A model generated the notes under the pieces. It saw only the letters and a program-made list of their open reading frames with translations. It did not search any database and had not been told where the DNA came from. A stretch of 63,984 nucleotides of DNA, the filler included, from Basidioascus undulatus (taxonomy: Eukaryota): assembly GCA_000826855.1 (NCBI GenBank). It is 10 parts of 10 records of this genome, joined end to end, with 100 filler letters (N's around TTAATTAATTAA, not from the genome) between each part and the next. Parts side by side here need not be neighbours in the genome. Positions count along the whole stretch, not along the records: positions 32,107 to 54,872 come from JTLS01000287.1; 9 more parts are not named here. One strand, 5' to 3'. Below are positions 38,293-50,733 of the stretch, piece by piece. The position numbers were made by a program, and so were the translations under genes. Positions within the stretch are counted from its first letter, which is position 1. Each line of letters starts with the position of its first letter.

Positions 38293-40273
38293 GATCTGGA
38301 GGAGGCAAGCAGAACAGAAGACGGTCAGTCACTTACTCGTCGCACGAGGTAGCGAGCTAGAGAGGACTCACGCTAGATTGGGAAGTGTGGGTGAGAGTGG
38401 GAAGTGTGGGTGAGAGTGGGAAGGGTTGGTGCAGATGGTGATGGTGGGAGACCAGGCCATGCTGGCTGCGGGAAGGTCCTTTATATGTGCGCTGGCAACG
38501 TGTGCAGCCGGCTATGAAGGTGCCGTCATCGCAGGAGGCCCAAGACGAGGTCCGAAGGGTCCGCGCTCGTCAGCCGTGTTGGCTGATGGCGAGACTCGCG
38601 CCTCGTGGGGCTAGCGGTCAATTGCGGAATAGTCGAGAGCCGGTCCTCTCAAGGCCGTGCATTTCCAGTCCCAGAACATGTTGAATTGAAGTTTGCGGGT
38701 ACATCTATCGTGGACTGTTGGTGATGCTCGGCAGGCAGACGGCGGGCGAAGACAGCAAGCGCGAAGGGAGCGAGCGCGAAGACACGAGATCGGATACGTC
38801 ATACGGTACTCCATGAGTAAGACAACTTGCGAATGAGTGTTGGCAAAGGAAGGTCGATGTAGTATTGAAGACCGGGATTCACCGGTGAATGCCACCACAA
38901 AGTCGAAATACTAAACTTAGCACAGACCCCAAAAAGTCTTTATGGCAATTTGAAGCGAGCGCATGTAACGTTTCCGATGCAGCCAACACCGCTTTGCGGC
39001 GCACTGTCATTCAACGTGCACTGGTCTGGAAGGGGCGGCGGTTTCTGGATCATAATATGGGAAATTGCGTCGGTCTCCCGAACTGTCCCTTTGCGGCCGT
39101 TCCAGCCGATGAGACGAGCAAGGCAGAGAGAATGTAGACCCAAGTGCTCCCGATGTTCAAGAACTTCAAGTTACAGCCTGCTGCGGTCATGCTGCACGCT
39201 TGTGCGGTGGGTGCATGCCCTCATATACTGACCTGCTTGGACTCCTTTACTTTTTCTTCTTTTATTTATTTTACATCGGTGCACCCGAGGCAACTAGCTT
39301 GTGATATCTCCCTCCTCTCCCCAGTTAAGAGATCGACTCCTGGCTGCATGCGCAGGCAGGGTCTGTTGGAGAGGTGTCTCTATGTCAGGTGTGCGAGTCT
39401 TGAGAATAACCCTAATAAACACTAGGACAAAGGTGTCGCAGTCTTGGATGAAAGGAGAGGGTAGAGATTTGCCGTTTGCGCGATCACAGCAAACCGTGAG
39501 AGGTTGTGTATCGCTTCTGGCGAGCTTTCAGCTGCAATAATTTTTACCGAGTGGCTGTAATGGTTTGTTGAATGAAGGTAGGTTTAGATTTTCATAAATA
39601 TTTTCTCGACTTCCTCCAACTGTCACTGGGGGGATGACGGCGAGTTTGTCAATGCGTCGTTCCACGTTCAACTCATTGCAGCGAACTCCCCGCTGCCTAT
39701 AGTTCAAAAGGCACAGAGGACTTCCATTCATTGGACACGTGGCACTCTCATTGGGGATCAGGCAACCCAGGCCGGTGTGTCCGAGGTTGGGGAGTTCACT
39801 TCTGACGCCGTTGCTGCACGAACCACGACTTGATCACGGGACTGGTGCTTGCATCTTGCCCATATATCCCCTTCTTAAAAGTATAACATTGCATTCACAA
39901 CGCGGCATTGGGTGTCAAGAACGATAAGTTTTCCGATGAGCTTGAGGTAGTTACGGAACCCCCCAACAGTCGTTGGTGGATTGGCTTTACTGTCCAATTT
40001 CACCTAGGCCATGATGACTTGCTTCAAAAATGTCTGACAAGCAGACAATATGGTACAGTTCCTATGAGGCTCAAAGCGGTAAGGGATGAAAAATAGGGGC
40101 TTGAAAGCTCTTCAAAGCTTTGCATAGGAAGTCTCCACGGTGTCGCCGTGGGCCAACCGCGGCAGTCAGTCAGCCTGGACTTCGCGCTTACCGTCGCGAT
40201 CCGCCTGCACGCTCACCTTCGTTGTCAAGCGGCCGCTTTCCGCCTCTTTCCCTATCCCTTCGTTTCATCTTTA

Positions 40274-42718
40274 ATGTCCGCGTACGTACAATGTGGTCAT
40301 ATTGTTTGGCTACCTGTCTACCCGGAGCGCTGGGGCGGTTACGGCAGTTGCGCTGAGACCGGTTCCTTGTCGTTCCAGACCCATCTTTGCACAGGAGGCT
40401 CAGGAGGAGCGAGGGGAGAACGCCCGGTTATCGACGTTCGTAGGGGCCACGGCACTGGCCGACCTGGTGCGTTGTTCTTGTTTTTCTCAGATTACCCGAG
40501 TCAAGTTTGACGCCGGCCCACGCACACCCCGACGCCCACCGTCTTCCGCAGGTCAAGTCGACGCTCGGGCCGAAGGGGATGAACAAGATCCTCCAGTCCG
40601 GGCAGGACGGCTCGATCACGGTCACCAACGACGGCGCGACTATCCTCAAGTCTGTCCCGCTCGACAACCCCGCCGCCAAGATCCTCGTCAACATCTCCAA
40701 GGTCCAGGACGACGAGGTCGGCGACGGCACCACCTCTGTCACCGTCCTCGCGGGCGAGCTTCTGCGCGAGGCCGAGCGCCTCGTCGCGCAGAAGATCCAC
40801 CCGCAGACCATCATTGAGGGGTACCGCATCGCCAGCAAGGCGGCGCTTGCTGCGCTCGAGTCGGCGGCGGTTGACCACGGGTGCGTGTTGAGATTGCCCT
40901 TGGGAAAAGGAGGCAGGCTTTGAAGAGTCAGAGGATGTGGGAGATCGATTCTGACGGGGAGTGATTGCTCGGGCGTTGGTACACAGCTCGGACCCCACCA
41001 TCTTCCGCGAGGACCTCCTCAACATCGCCCGCACCACCCTCTCCTCCAAGGTCCTCGCGCAGGACAAGACCTACTTTGCCAACCTTGCCGTTGATGCCGT
41101 CCTTCGCCTGAAGGTCCGTCTTTTTAGCTGCTGTGTCATTTGAAGCCTTGTCTAACGCAGGCTGGGCCGGGCAGGGGAGCACGAATCTCGAGAACATCCA
41201 GATCATCAAAAAGGTCGGCGGGAAGCTTACGGATTCGTACCTCGACGAGGGTGAGTCGAGATCTACCTTCGCTTCGTGATCGGATCTGACATATAGCGAT
41301 TACAGGCTTCATTCTGGACAAGAAGATCAGCACCAACTGCCCGAAGCGGTTGGAGAAGGCTAAGATCCTCATTGCCAACACTTGTGCGTCTTCTCTTCCC
41401 TCAATCGGGTAGGATGCGACTTGCAAAGCTGAAACGTCGGGATGCAAAAGCCATGGACACGGACAAGATAAAGATCTTCGGCGCGCGGGTCAAGGTGGAC
41501 AGCACGAGCAAGCTGGCAGAGCTTGAGCGGGCAGAGCGGGTTCGTGGATTCCTGTCACCATCTCCTGCATCCGACCGCAGCCTCTGCTGACACAGGCGAC
41601 TTTTTGGCGTGCCCGGCTTATAGGAGAAGATGAAGGCGAAGGTTGCCAAGATCAAGGCGCACGGGATCAACTGCTTTGTCAACCGCCAGCTCGTCTACAA
41701 CTACCCCGAGTCGCTCTTCGCCGAGGCCGGCATTATGTGCATCGAGCACGCCGACTTCGAGGGCGTCGAGCGCCTCGCGCTCGTCACCGGCGGTGAGATC
41801 ACGAGCTCGTTCGAGCGCCCGGACCTCGTCAAGCTCGGGCAGTGCGACACCATCGAGGAGGTCATGATTGGTGAGGACAAGGTGAGTTGTGTCGCAACTT
41901 GCAGGCTGGATTCTCGTCGATCAAGCGAGTCGGAGATAATCGCTGACGGTCGTCTTTCTCTTTTGTAGCTCATCAAGTTCTCGGGCGTTGCGGCCGGCGA
42001 GGCATGCACGGTTGTCCTCCGCGGCGCGACGACGCAGATGATCGACGAGGCCGAGCGCTCGCTGCACGACGCGCTCTCGGTCCTCTCGCAGACGGTCAAG
42101 GAGACGCGCGTCGTCCTCGGCGGTGGCTGCGCCGAGACGCTCATGGCTAAGGCCGTCGATGAGGAGGCGCGCAAGACGGCGGGGAAGAAGGCCCTCGCGG
42201 CGGAGGCGTTCTCTCGGGCGCTGCTGCAGGTGCGTTGGCGCTTTGCTGACTCCCTTTATTCACTGCGTGACTGAATGTGCTTCGGTTGAACAACAGATCC
42301 CGACTACCCTGGCGGACAATGCGGGTTACGATTCGGCGGAGCTGGTGGCGAAGCTGCGGGCGGCGCACTACGAGGGCAAGAGCGACTACGGGTTGGGTGC
42401 GTCGTTGTTATTGTTCTGCCCCATCAGGACCCACCAGGCCAAACTGATCGTATTGTGTCCGACCGACCAGACATGTACCGCGGCGACGTCGCGTCCATGC
42501 GCGAGCTTGGCGTCACGGAGTCGTACAAGCTCAAGCGGCAGGTCGTCACCTCCGCGAGCGAGGCGAGTGAGATGCTCTTGCGGGTGGACACGTGCGTTTC
42601 CTTCTCCCTTCCATCTGAAGCTTGTATTGTGTCTCCTTGCAAGGATGTCTTGTTGACCGGACTCCATGTCGCACACAGGATTCTGCGGGCGGCGCCGCGG
42701 AAGCGGGAAGGGCAATGA
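40274..42718 (+). CDS. CCT2: T-complex protein 1 subunit beta
   Basis: [74 protein letters not shown]. Confidence 0.98.
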
Positions 42719-43291
42719 GCGGGTTTGGAAGAGGATGGGTTGAGGCTGAGAAAGGTCTGGCGATGTAGACGCGATAAGATTAAGGTTATCGCATCTCGAA
42801 GCCGCCATGCCTGCCTTGGATCACTGGAGGATGTCCCAGACAGACCCGAGGGGTGGGCATGTCATAGGGGAAGTCCACATTGCGCTCCTCTGGCTGGGTT
42901 AAGGACTGGATGGGATCATTCAGTTGCCTTCTGGGATACTCTGGAAAAGTGCATCGTTGTATGAAAGACTGCGGAGGGAAGGGGGGGGAGGCGGCACGTC
43001 TGGCGAGGAAGAACCCGCTGCACCCCGGATTTCGTTGCTTGGCTGCTAGAATACTATAGGTCTTTTGAACTTGGTGGAAAAACTGCAAAACCTACCATGC
43101 AGAGTCTCGTTTTTGTCATTTTCGTGCAGCAGGTATCAGTCGAAGTGCTTGCAATTCTGGAGGCAGTGCGCAGCGCCAAACAATCTGCCATGAGAGATGA
43201 CGCGTCGTCCTCACTCGCAGAGAACGCTCTTGCCCATAACCACCACATCGATCCCACTCGCACCACCTTCCTTTGACTCTACTCTCTCAGC

Positions 43292-44354
43292 ATGGTGCTT
43301 GAAGCAACAGTTATTCTGTTCGCGCAATTTCAATACCCGGTGGAGCTTCCTAGGCTCACATTCGTCCGGTTGCCAGCCTCGACAACTCCGAGTTCATGCG
43401 GAACGGTGACCTCCTGCCGACGCGCTTCCTCGCGCAGGCGGACGCTGTCGGTCTGTTGGCGGAGACCAAGACGAGCATGAACCCGGAGAACACCGTCGGA
43501 CTCATGACTATCGCCGGCAAAGGGTGCGTGGCCCAGCAGGCACTACGGTGGGATTTGGCCAAGAAGGCGGAGCGAATGGCTGATCGGTGGGGTTTGGGCG
43601 GTGGCTGCAGGCCGGAGGTGCTCGTAACAGCTACTCAGGATGGTGGGAAGATCTTGTCGTGCCTGCACGAGGTCAAGATCTCCGGGGAGACGGATCTTGT
43701 CCATGGTATCCAGGTTGCTCAGGTGCGTATCGTCCTCTTGGCCCCCTCCGCCTCCGCCACTGACGCGCTCATCCCACACACCCAATCGTATAAGCTCGCA
43801 CTCAAGCATCGGCAAAACAAGAACCAGCGGCAGCGCATCGTTGCGTTCATCGGCTCGCCGCTGAAGGAAGACGAGAAGACGCTCGTGCGCCTCGGCAAGA
43901 AACTCAAGAAGAACAACGTCTCGGTTGACGTCGTCAGCTTCGGCGAGTCGGAGGACAACGAGGACCGCTTGAGCAAGTTCGTGGATGCTGTTGGTGGGGG
44001 AGACAACAAGTGCGTGGTGGTTGCTCTTCTCGACTGGGCTGTGGCACGGCGTGATGTGAAGCTGATGAAGGCTGATGGGCGATGCTTGTCCGGCAAAGCA
44101 GCCACCTCCTCAGCGTCCCCTCTGGCCCTCACATCCTCCTCTCCGATGCCATCATGAACTCGGCTATCCTGCACGGGGAGGGCTTCGGCGCGGCGGAGGG
44201 CGGCGCGGGCGAAGGCGGCGCAGGTGCCGGCCCGAGCCAGTACGAGTTTGGTGTGGACCCGCAGATGGACGTGCGCGACAAGCGCGCGGTCCAGGAGAGG
44301 ATGTGGAGGTGCTGGGGCGGCGTCTTGGGGTGGGCGAGGGCGGCGCAGGTCTGA
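43292..44354 (+). CDS. RPN10: 26S proteasome subunit Rpn10 (vWA domain intact; UIM absent and replaced by an unrelated tail)
   Basis: MVLEATVIL/LDNSEFMRNGD..NPENTVGLMT..LALKHRQNKNQRQRIVAFIGSP..SHLLSVPSGP..YEFGVDPQMD, then VRDKRAVQERMWRCWGGVLGWARAAQV*. Confidence 0.9.
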
Positions 44355-44902
44355 AGGGTATGAGAAGGGGGAGGAGGGAAGGGAGGGGGAATATAACTTA
44401 TGGGACGGTGTGTGGTAGAAGAACGAAGGTGGAATCGAGTTGAAGCGACCATGTCTCACTCGTGTGTGCTTCGTTTCCTTACTCCTTTGGAGAACTATGT
44501 CTACTGGGTCAGAATATAAACAACGCTGTGGGTCACTGTCATTCCAGACTGTCGGCTGCTCGCTGAGTACAGGAGAGTCCGAGTCAGTGCGCTTGAGGTG
44601 GCGGGCCCGGCGGTCGCTTGCCTCGCTCTCTACTGCTTGTTCTTGAAGACTTAGCTTCTCTCCACATTCGTGGGCTGCATTGCATGGATAGCATATCTGA
44701 GTATCGCCATATATGCGACCAGATTGAAATTTGTGGTTATCTTGAGCGCGACTGCAGTTATGGTCACGCTGGGTAGAGAAGACGTTTCATGAGGAGCCCT
44801 CACACCTTTCTCTACCGCTACGTCCTATACCTCCTCAACCTCCCGGTCTTCTCCTTTCCAGCGCAGCGAACCGTCTAATGTCGGCGCCTCTATGTAAAAC
44901 AG

Positions 44903-45636
44903 ATTCGGGAGTGCGCAAATTGTAGGAAGACGGACGTGCGCTTCTTGAAATGTGCATGCAGTGCGTTAAATTGTCCTCGCATTCCGCACCGCTGACCAGT
45001 TATTAACGCTCAAATCCGCAGAAGCTGCTGAATGTTGCGTGCGTCTGTTGCGACCGTTGCATCTGGACGCCGTGCATCCCCTCCAGCTGATTCACCGGTT
45101 GCTGGCCCCCTTTCCAGGACACCCAATGCCAGCGCGCCCACCGGTCCGCACACAAGGCCCACTGCCAGCAGATGCGCCGGAATATGCAGACCAGTCCCAA
45201 ACCGTCGCGCGGGGCGCCGCTCAGCGCGCTCGAGCTGATGAACGAGACCCAGCGGTGGCAGGACATGTTCCGGCCACTCCTGACGAAGGTCGCCATCTGC
45301 GCTCGATCTTGGGAACCCCGAGCCCGCGCGTCGCGCGTGAACGAACGGCTGTGGTTCAGCATCGCGGTCCGCCGACGACCGGACGCGCGCCTTCCGCTCG
45401 AACGCAGGTTCGTCGTCGACACGGAGGGGATCAACATCTTCACAGGCGTGGATTTGGAGCTGGTGAATCCTGAGATGACCGACGTCACGCGGCGCGAGAG
45501 GGAACGAGTTGTGGCATGTGGGGCGGGCGGAGGATTGCGTGCCACAGTGCGACGGTGCGCGGTGGCGGTTTCGCTGGAGCATTGTCGTTCGACAGTCCTG
45601 CCCAGAGGCTACCATCTCACGGCAAAAAATCTATAG
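44903..45636 (+). CDS. MYND-type zinc-finger protein with a degenerate finger (possibly decaying); start codon not located
   Basis: Three exons splice to IRECANCRKTDVRFLKCAC/KAAECC/DTQCQRAHRSAHKAHCQQMRR.., and the frame stays open to 45636. Confidence 0.55.
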
Positions 45637-47436
45637 CCTCTCGTGGTCTGCCCAGGAAGCGGCCGGACACTATTGCCCTACGGCGGCATTGAGAGGTCTT
45701 GCGGGCGCTTGCGATAGACAGTGCGGTGCATACAATGGGGCAGGCAGTGACTCGTGGTGATTTCTCTCGACAATCCTACCCACACAATGCTTATACACCT
45801 TCCAGGAGTAATTACTAACTGGGGCAGTAGTCAAGTGGTGAGTGTTGAATTATGTGTTGCCGTTTCGAGGACGGAGCATGTGGACCGCAGCTGGCGCTTG
45901 ATTATCCTGATCCCGCGTTGCACCAGTAGACGAGAAATCTTCTGATACCACCTGCATGGCCGGGTATCTCGGTTTGGTAAAGGTTGAATGTGCGGAAATT
46001 CGCGAGGTTGGCCGTTTGGACGACTGGAAGCGGTGGGGACGTCGTGGGGCTTATCGGGGATCAAGTCCGAGGCCTGGGTGTATGTTGAATAACGTAATGA
46101 AGTTTAAAAGGCAGGTATAGTAGACTGCGGAAGGCGTTCTGGCGCGAGTTCCAATGTGGAAGCGATTGGGGCAGGGAGGAAGGGGTCAAGGGTGGGTGCG
46201 ATGTTGAGTCCACTGGCGTTTGGCTGCACATCGCGCTTCCTGGGATATCGACATTCACAAGCAAGAAGCTCTTCAAAAGTATCCAATTCACTTAAAACTG
46301 GTATGTACTTGTCATAGGAGAGGCTTTGGGCTGATAATACTTGCAGTGCACTTCGTCCAAAACACGTCGGCGCCACGGTGCGCTGAGTAGTTGGGCTCGT
46401 CAAACCTTTCGAGGGTCAACCCGACTCAGTGGGGTTTTGAGAATGCGGAACTGGCTTTCCGTGAGATAGGCATTGCCGGAGCGGGTGTCGGCCGTACCAC
46501 CCATCCTACTGCCCGGGGCTCCAGACAGTTTCCGTGCCAATTTGGATGGTCAATTGAGCTTACACTGCCTGATGTGTTGGCACAGATATCCACTCAAGGC
46601 CTGTCAGTTACCTATTCATCCCAGCAACGCGACGGGTGCACGACCTGTTGGAAGTTCATGCTGGTTCACAATTCACCGATCTGCTTGACGCGGGTGATCC
46701 TCCACTCTTCATGATTAGAAGGCTACAAACTTGGTAGTTGCATGGTCTTTCCGATATTTATGGCGTCCCGGTGTGCGTCCCGTCTGTGCTCCTGTCGTTC
46801 TTGTTCGCAGGGACCGCTCGTCGGACCTAAGGCCCGTCTAGGAGCACTCATATCACAGCCAATGGTACTTCTGTTTAATACATATGCTGGTCAAATGCAT
46901 AGAATGGATCAAAGGGATCGGAATAGAAATTAAGAGGAGCTCCAGCTTGTCCAGGATAGCGATGCCAATTGCCACCGCTACTAGACATAATCGGTAAGAC
47001 TTAATTGAAAGTGATTTACGTCTCTTTCTAGGCGCACATCAGATGCATGTCGCAAGCATATCGGGCGGTTGCGCGTTTGGTTGAGCGGAATTGGGCCCAG
47101 CGCATCCAAGCCCCCGACCTCAAAATCTGGACCTCTTGTTGTCACTTCGTGCCGCCTATCGTTTTGATTGAAGGTTTATTTTTTAATTATACATTTTCCG
47201 AACAAATGCAGCGAAACGAGGATGACATATCGCCGCGAACAGCGAACGAGACAACTGCTGGAGCATCCTCAGCTCAGACACGTTAAACAAATAATCGTTC
47301 CAGAACACGAAGAAGTACATGACGACATTACAAAGGCGTGACTATAAGACAAAGAATACTTTTACCCAGAAAGACCTCTACACACAAGCACGGACAAACG
47401 AATGGATGGGTTCTAAGGAAGGCAACTGCGCACGTC

Positions 47437-50400
47437 CTACTTCTCCTCGTAATCGGAGTTGCTGCGCGTCGGCGAGAACTCCTCCGGCTGATTGATGAGC
47501 TTGATCGCGGCCGCGATGGCCTCGTCCAGGTCGGAGTGGAACGAGCGGTCGGTTGACAGGAGGAGGAGGAACTTGCTGGGAGCGGAGCCAGAGGGAAGCG
47601 CCTCGATGTCCTGCTCGACGCCCTTGTTCGCGACGTCGCTCGCGTACGGACCGGCAGAGGCGACGGAGAAGAGCTGCTTCGCGATCGCGTCCGCCTTTCC
47701 GAAACCAACACTACGGGGAAAATATGGTATCAGGTCTCTGCGCTCAAGTAAGGCGTGAGGCAAAGAAGAAGACACACGCAACGAGAGCGCGCTTGATCCA
47801 CGGGTCGCGGAGGTTTGCAAAGTGGAACTGTACACGCTCGGGGGCTGCCCAACGGTCGAGCTGATCGCGCACGTCGACGAGGACCTGGGTGGACGTGACA
47901 TCGACGTGGTTCACGCCAGCGAAGTCAAAGATGACGGCCTTGAGCGTGGGGCGGTTGTCGTTAGCGATGTCCTCCGCAGACGCGGGCGTCGGCTGTTCAG
48001 GCGCTCATTCAGCCTTGGCGCTCATATTTCTCAGAGGAATAACCGGCAGTACGTACGTCGTTCCACGGCCTGTCACCGACATAACCACTGACGGGGGCGC
48101 CCTTCTTGGTAATGCGCTTGACCTCCTCGACAACCTGGTCGGTGTAGTGGTTTGCGTTGGGGCTGTAGGAGGAGTATCAGCTCAGGTTCGAGACGGTTAA
48201 ATTCCAGCTTAGATGGACGCACTAGACGAAGGACTCGGTGAAGCGGTAGATGAGGATGCCGGGCGCCGGAGGCGGGACTTCGACAGCAGGGTTGCTGCCG
48301 TCCTCGTGCTGGAGCGGGAGCCAAATGTTGCGTGCCTCCCGGCCATCGACGGTCTGGACGCGGATACGGCCGAGGAACTCGCCATGCGCCTTAGCGATGC
48401 GCCACAGCAGGACCGCAGCAGACACGATGACCGTGCAGCTGGGGAAACGGGACCGGCGGGTGAGTTTCGCTGTATCAAACGCGCGATTTGTAATTTTCAA
48501 CGTACTAGATGCCGATCTCGATGGTGGAGAAGACGATGATGATGACGCCCCCGAAGAAGATGATGGCGTCGAGAGGGCTGACGCGCCAGAAGCCGTACAA
48601 CTGCGCAGGCGGCAGGATGAGGTCGCCAACCTGCAGCAGCACGTCAGCACCTGCACCTGGAACCGAAGGACTAGGTACTTACCGCATGGATGATGACGGC
48701 CGCAAGAGCTGCGTTAGAGATGTAGAAGAAGACGGCAGGGAGAGCGCTGGGTTCATGGCAGTGCTAGATCAGCATGGGCCGGAAGAGGACGGCGTGAAGG
48801 AGCCAGAATGACTAGATGGCGAGCAGGATGACAATTCCGGTGATCACACCGGCGAAAGGCGTACGGACGCCAGCCTTGGACTTGATCGCGGTGCGGCTGA
48901 ACGAGCCAGTCGCGGGGTCTGAAGAAATCATGCGACAGTGAGCACCAGCCGCCAATGCTCCTGCGGGAATGGAAAACGCACAGGCTCCAAAGAAAGGCCC
49001 GAGGAGGTTCGTGATACCGATAGCGATGAGCTCCTGCGACGGATCGATCGTGTAACCGTTAATGCGACCGAAGGACTTGGAGATGGCGATGTGTTCAATG
49101 AGCAGCACAATGACCGAAACCTGCGAGGGAAGGCACGGTCAGCGACCATACGAAGCTCGCTCAACGGGAACATGAAAGACTCACAGGAATGTGGCCAGCG
49201 TATGCGCTGATGATCTCCTTGTCCATGCGCGGGACTCCCATGTGCTTGAAGCCACGGGGGACGTCCTTGATGACAGAGAAAATCGGCTCGGGCTGGCCGT
49301 GCTTCTCGCCGCGGTGGTGGCGGTTGACGAGCCACGAGATGAGCTGTATCGTGGTCTCGTGAGCAATGGTCCCAAGAGGAAACGGTAAAAAAAAAAAGTA
49401 AACGCACGGTGTAGAGAAGGATGACAAACACGGTGCGGAGCGTGTTGGCGAAGAAGAAGATACGCTGGCGGTTGGGGTAGCGCTTGGCTAGAGTGTTGCA
49501 GCCCCACCGAACGAAGTAGAGGAGGAAGAGTGCAGTGAGGCCGACAGCAGCGTTGATGTCGCTCCATCCGACTATAAACACGGTCAGCTTAATACTCCCA
49601 GAAAGAGGAAATGACATGAAACGCACGGTACTTGAGGGTGTTAATGATAACCTTGTACGTCGCCCCGCGGGTGCTGAAGCCCTGGCGCTTGTTGCCAAGC
49701 AGGGTGCCGACCTGGCCAGCGGCGATGTTGATCGCAGAACCGGTCATGAACGACGCGATGGCGGGGAGAGAAATGAAGTCGACAATCCATCCGAGGCGGG
49801 CCAGCCCGAAAGCCGTGACGATGCCGCCACAAATGACTGCACCAACGACATTAGGAAAGTCCCCGACTACGAGCAAACGGAAACTTACCTGCTACGGAAG
49901 AAGCGATTTCCTCCCTGGTGGCTTCCGGAAACTTGTCATGGACTTGCACAACGATTTCTCCGACAAGAGTCGACAAAACTGCGACGGGGCCGATGGTGAT
50001 ACTGTGTAGAGAAGAATATGATTAGACGGGTGGAGAGGACCGCAGAAGGCAACTAGGCAGTTGACGCACTCCTTGGACGTAGCGAAGAACCAGTAGATGA
50101 TGACGCCGACGAAAGACGAGTAGAGGCCGAACTCGGCGGGGAGGTTCGCGAGTTTAGAATAAGCCATGCCTGAGAATGCAAGACAGTAAGTACGGTCGAG
50201 ACGAAGCATACCAATGTAGACCCGAAAACGCACCCTGCGGGACGACGACCGCTCCAACCGTGATCCCGGCGACCAAGTCTCCAATCAACCATTGCTTGTT
50301 GTAGCGGAAGATCCATTGCAGGCTGAAATATGGAATGTTAGTTTGTATTGGGTCAAGCAAATTGCGATGGGCACGAACAATGGGAAAAGGTTGTAGACGT

Positions 50401-50733
50401 AGGTCACAACGCCGCGACGCGTCGGCCAGACACTTTTCCACCACCCGACCTGTACGAGTAGTGGGCTGTATCGTGAGACAATTCCAATTCGTGGTGCTGA
50501 GCTGTCAGGTGCGTACGAAAGTCGGCTCCGGCTCGATGTACGGTTCGGCGACCTGGTGAACCCAAATGAAGTCCAGTCACGGTACTCGATACCATTCAAG
50601 CATTGAAATCATGGTTCACAGTGGATGCAATGCTCTCGCTACGGGTAACGCGGTCCCCCTCGTCCTCCGGAAGATGGTGCTCAATGCCGAGCGCGTGCCC
50701 GACCTGCTGCCCGACGCGATCCCAGTTGACCAT
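47437..50733 (-). CDS. SulP/SLC26 sulfate permease with a STAS domain
   Basis: WLIGDLVAGITVGAVVVPQ/GMAYSKLANLPAEFGLYSSFVG, LLIEHIAISKSFGRING, PATGSFSRTAIKSKAGVRTP, GILIYRFTES, IFDFAGVNHVDVTST. Confidence 0.95.

Noticed and set aside
40961..42964. Short ORFs ending in CaaX-like tails (CCVI, CIVV) as pheromone precursors
   Set aside because: They are read-throughs into a CCT2 intron or its 3' flank; there are no repeated pheromone units and no receptor gene nearby.
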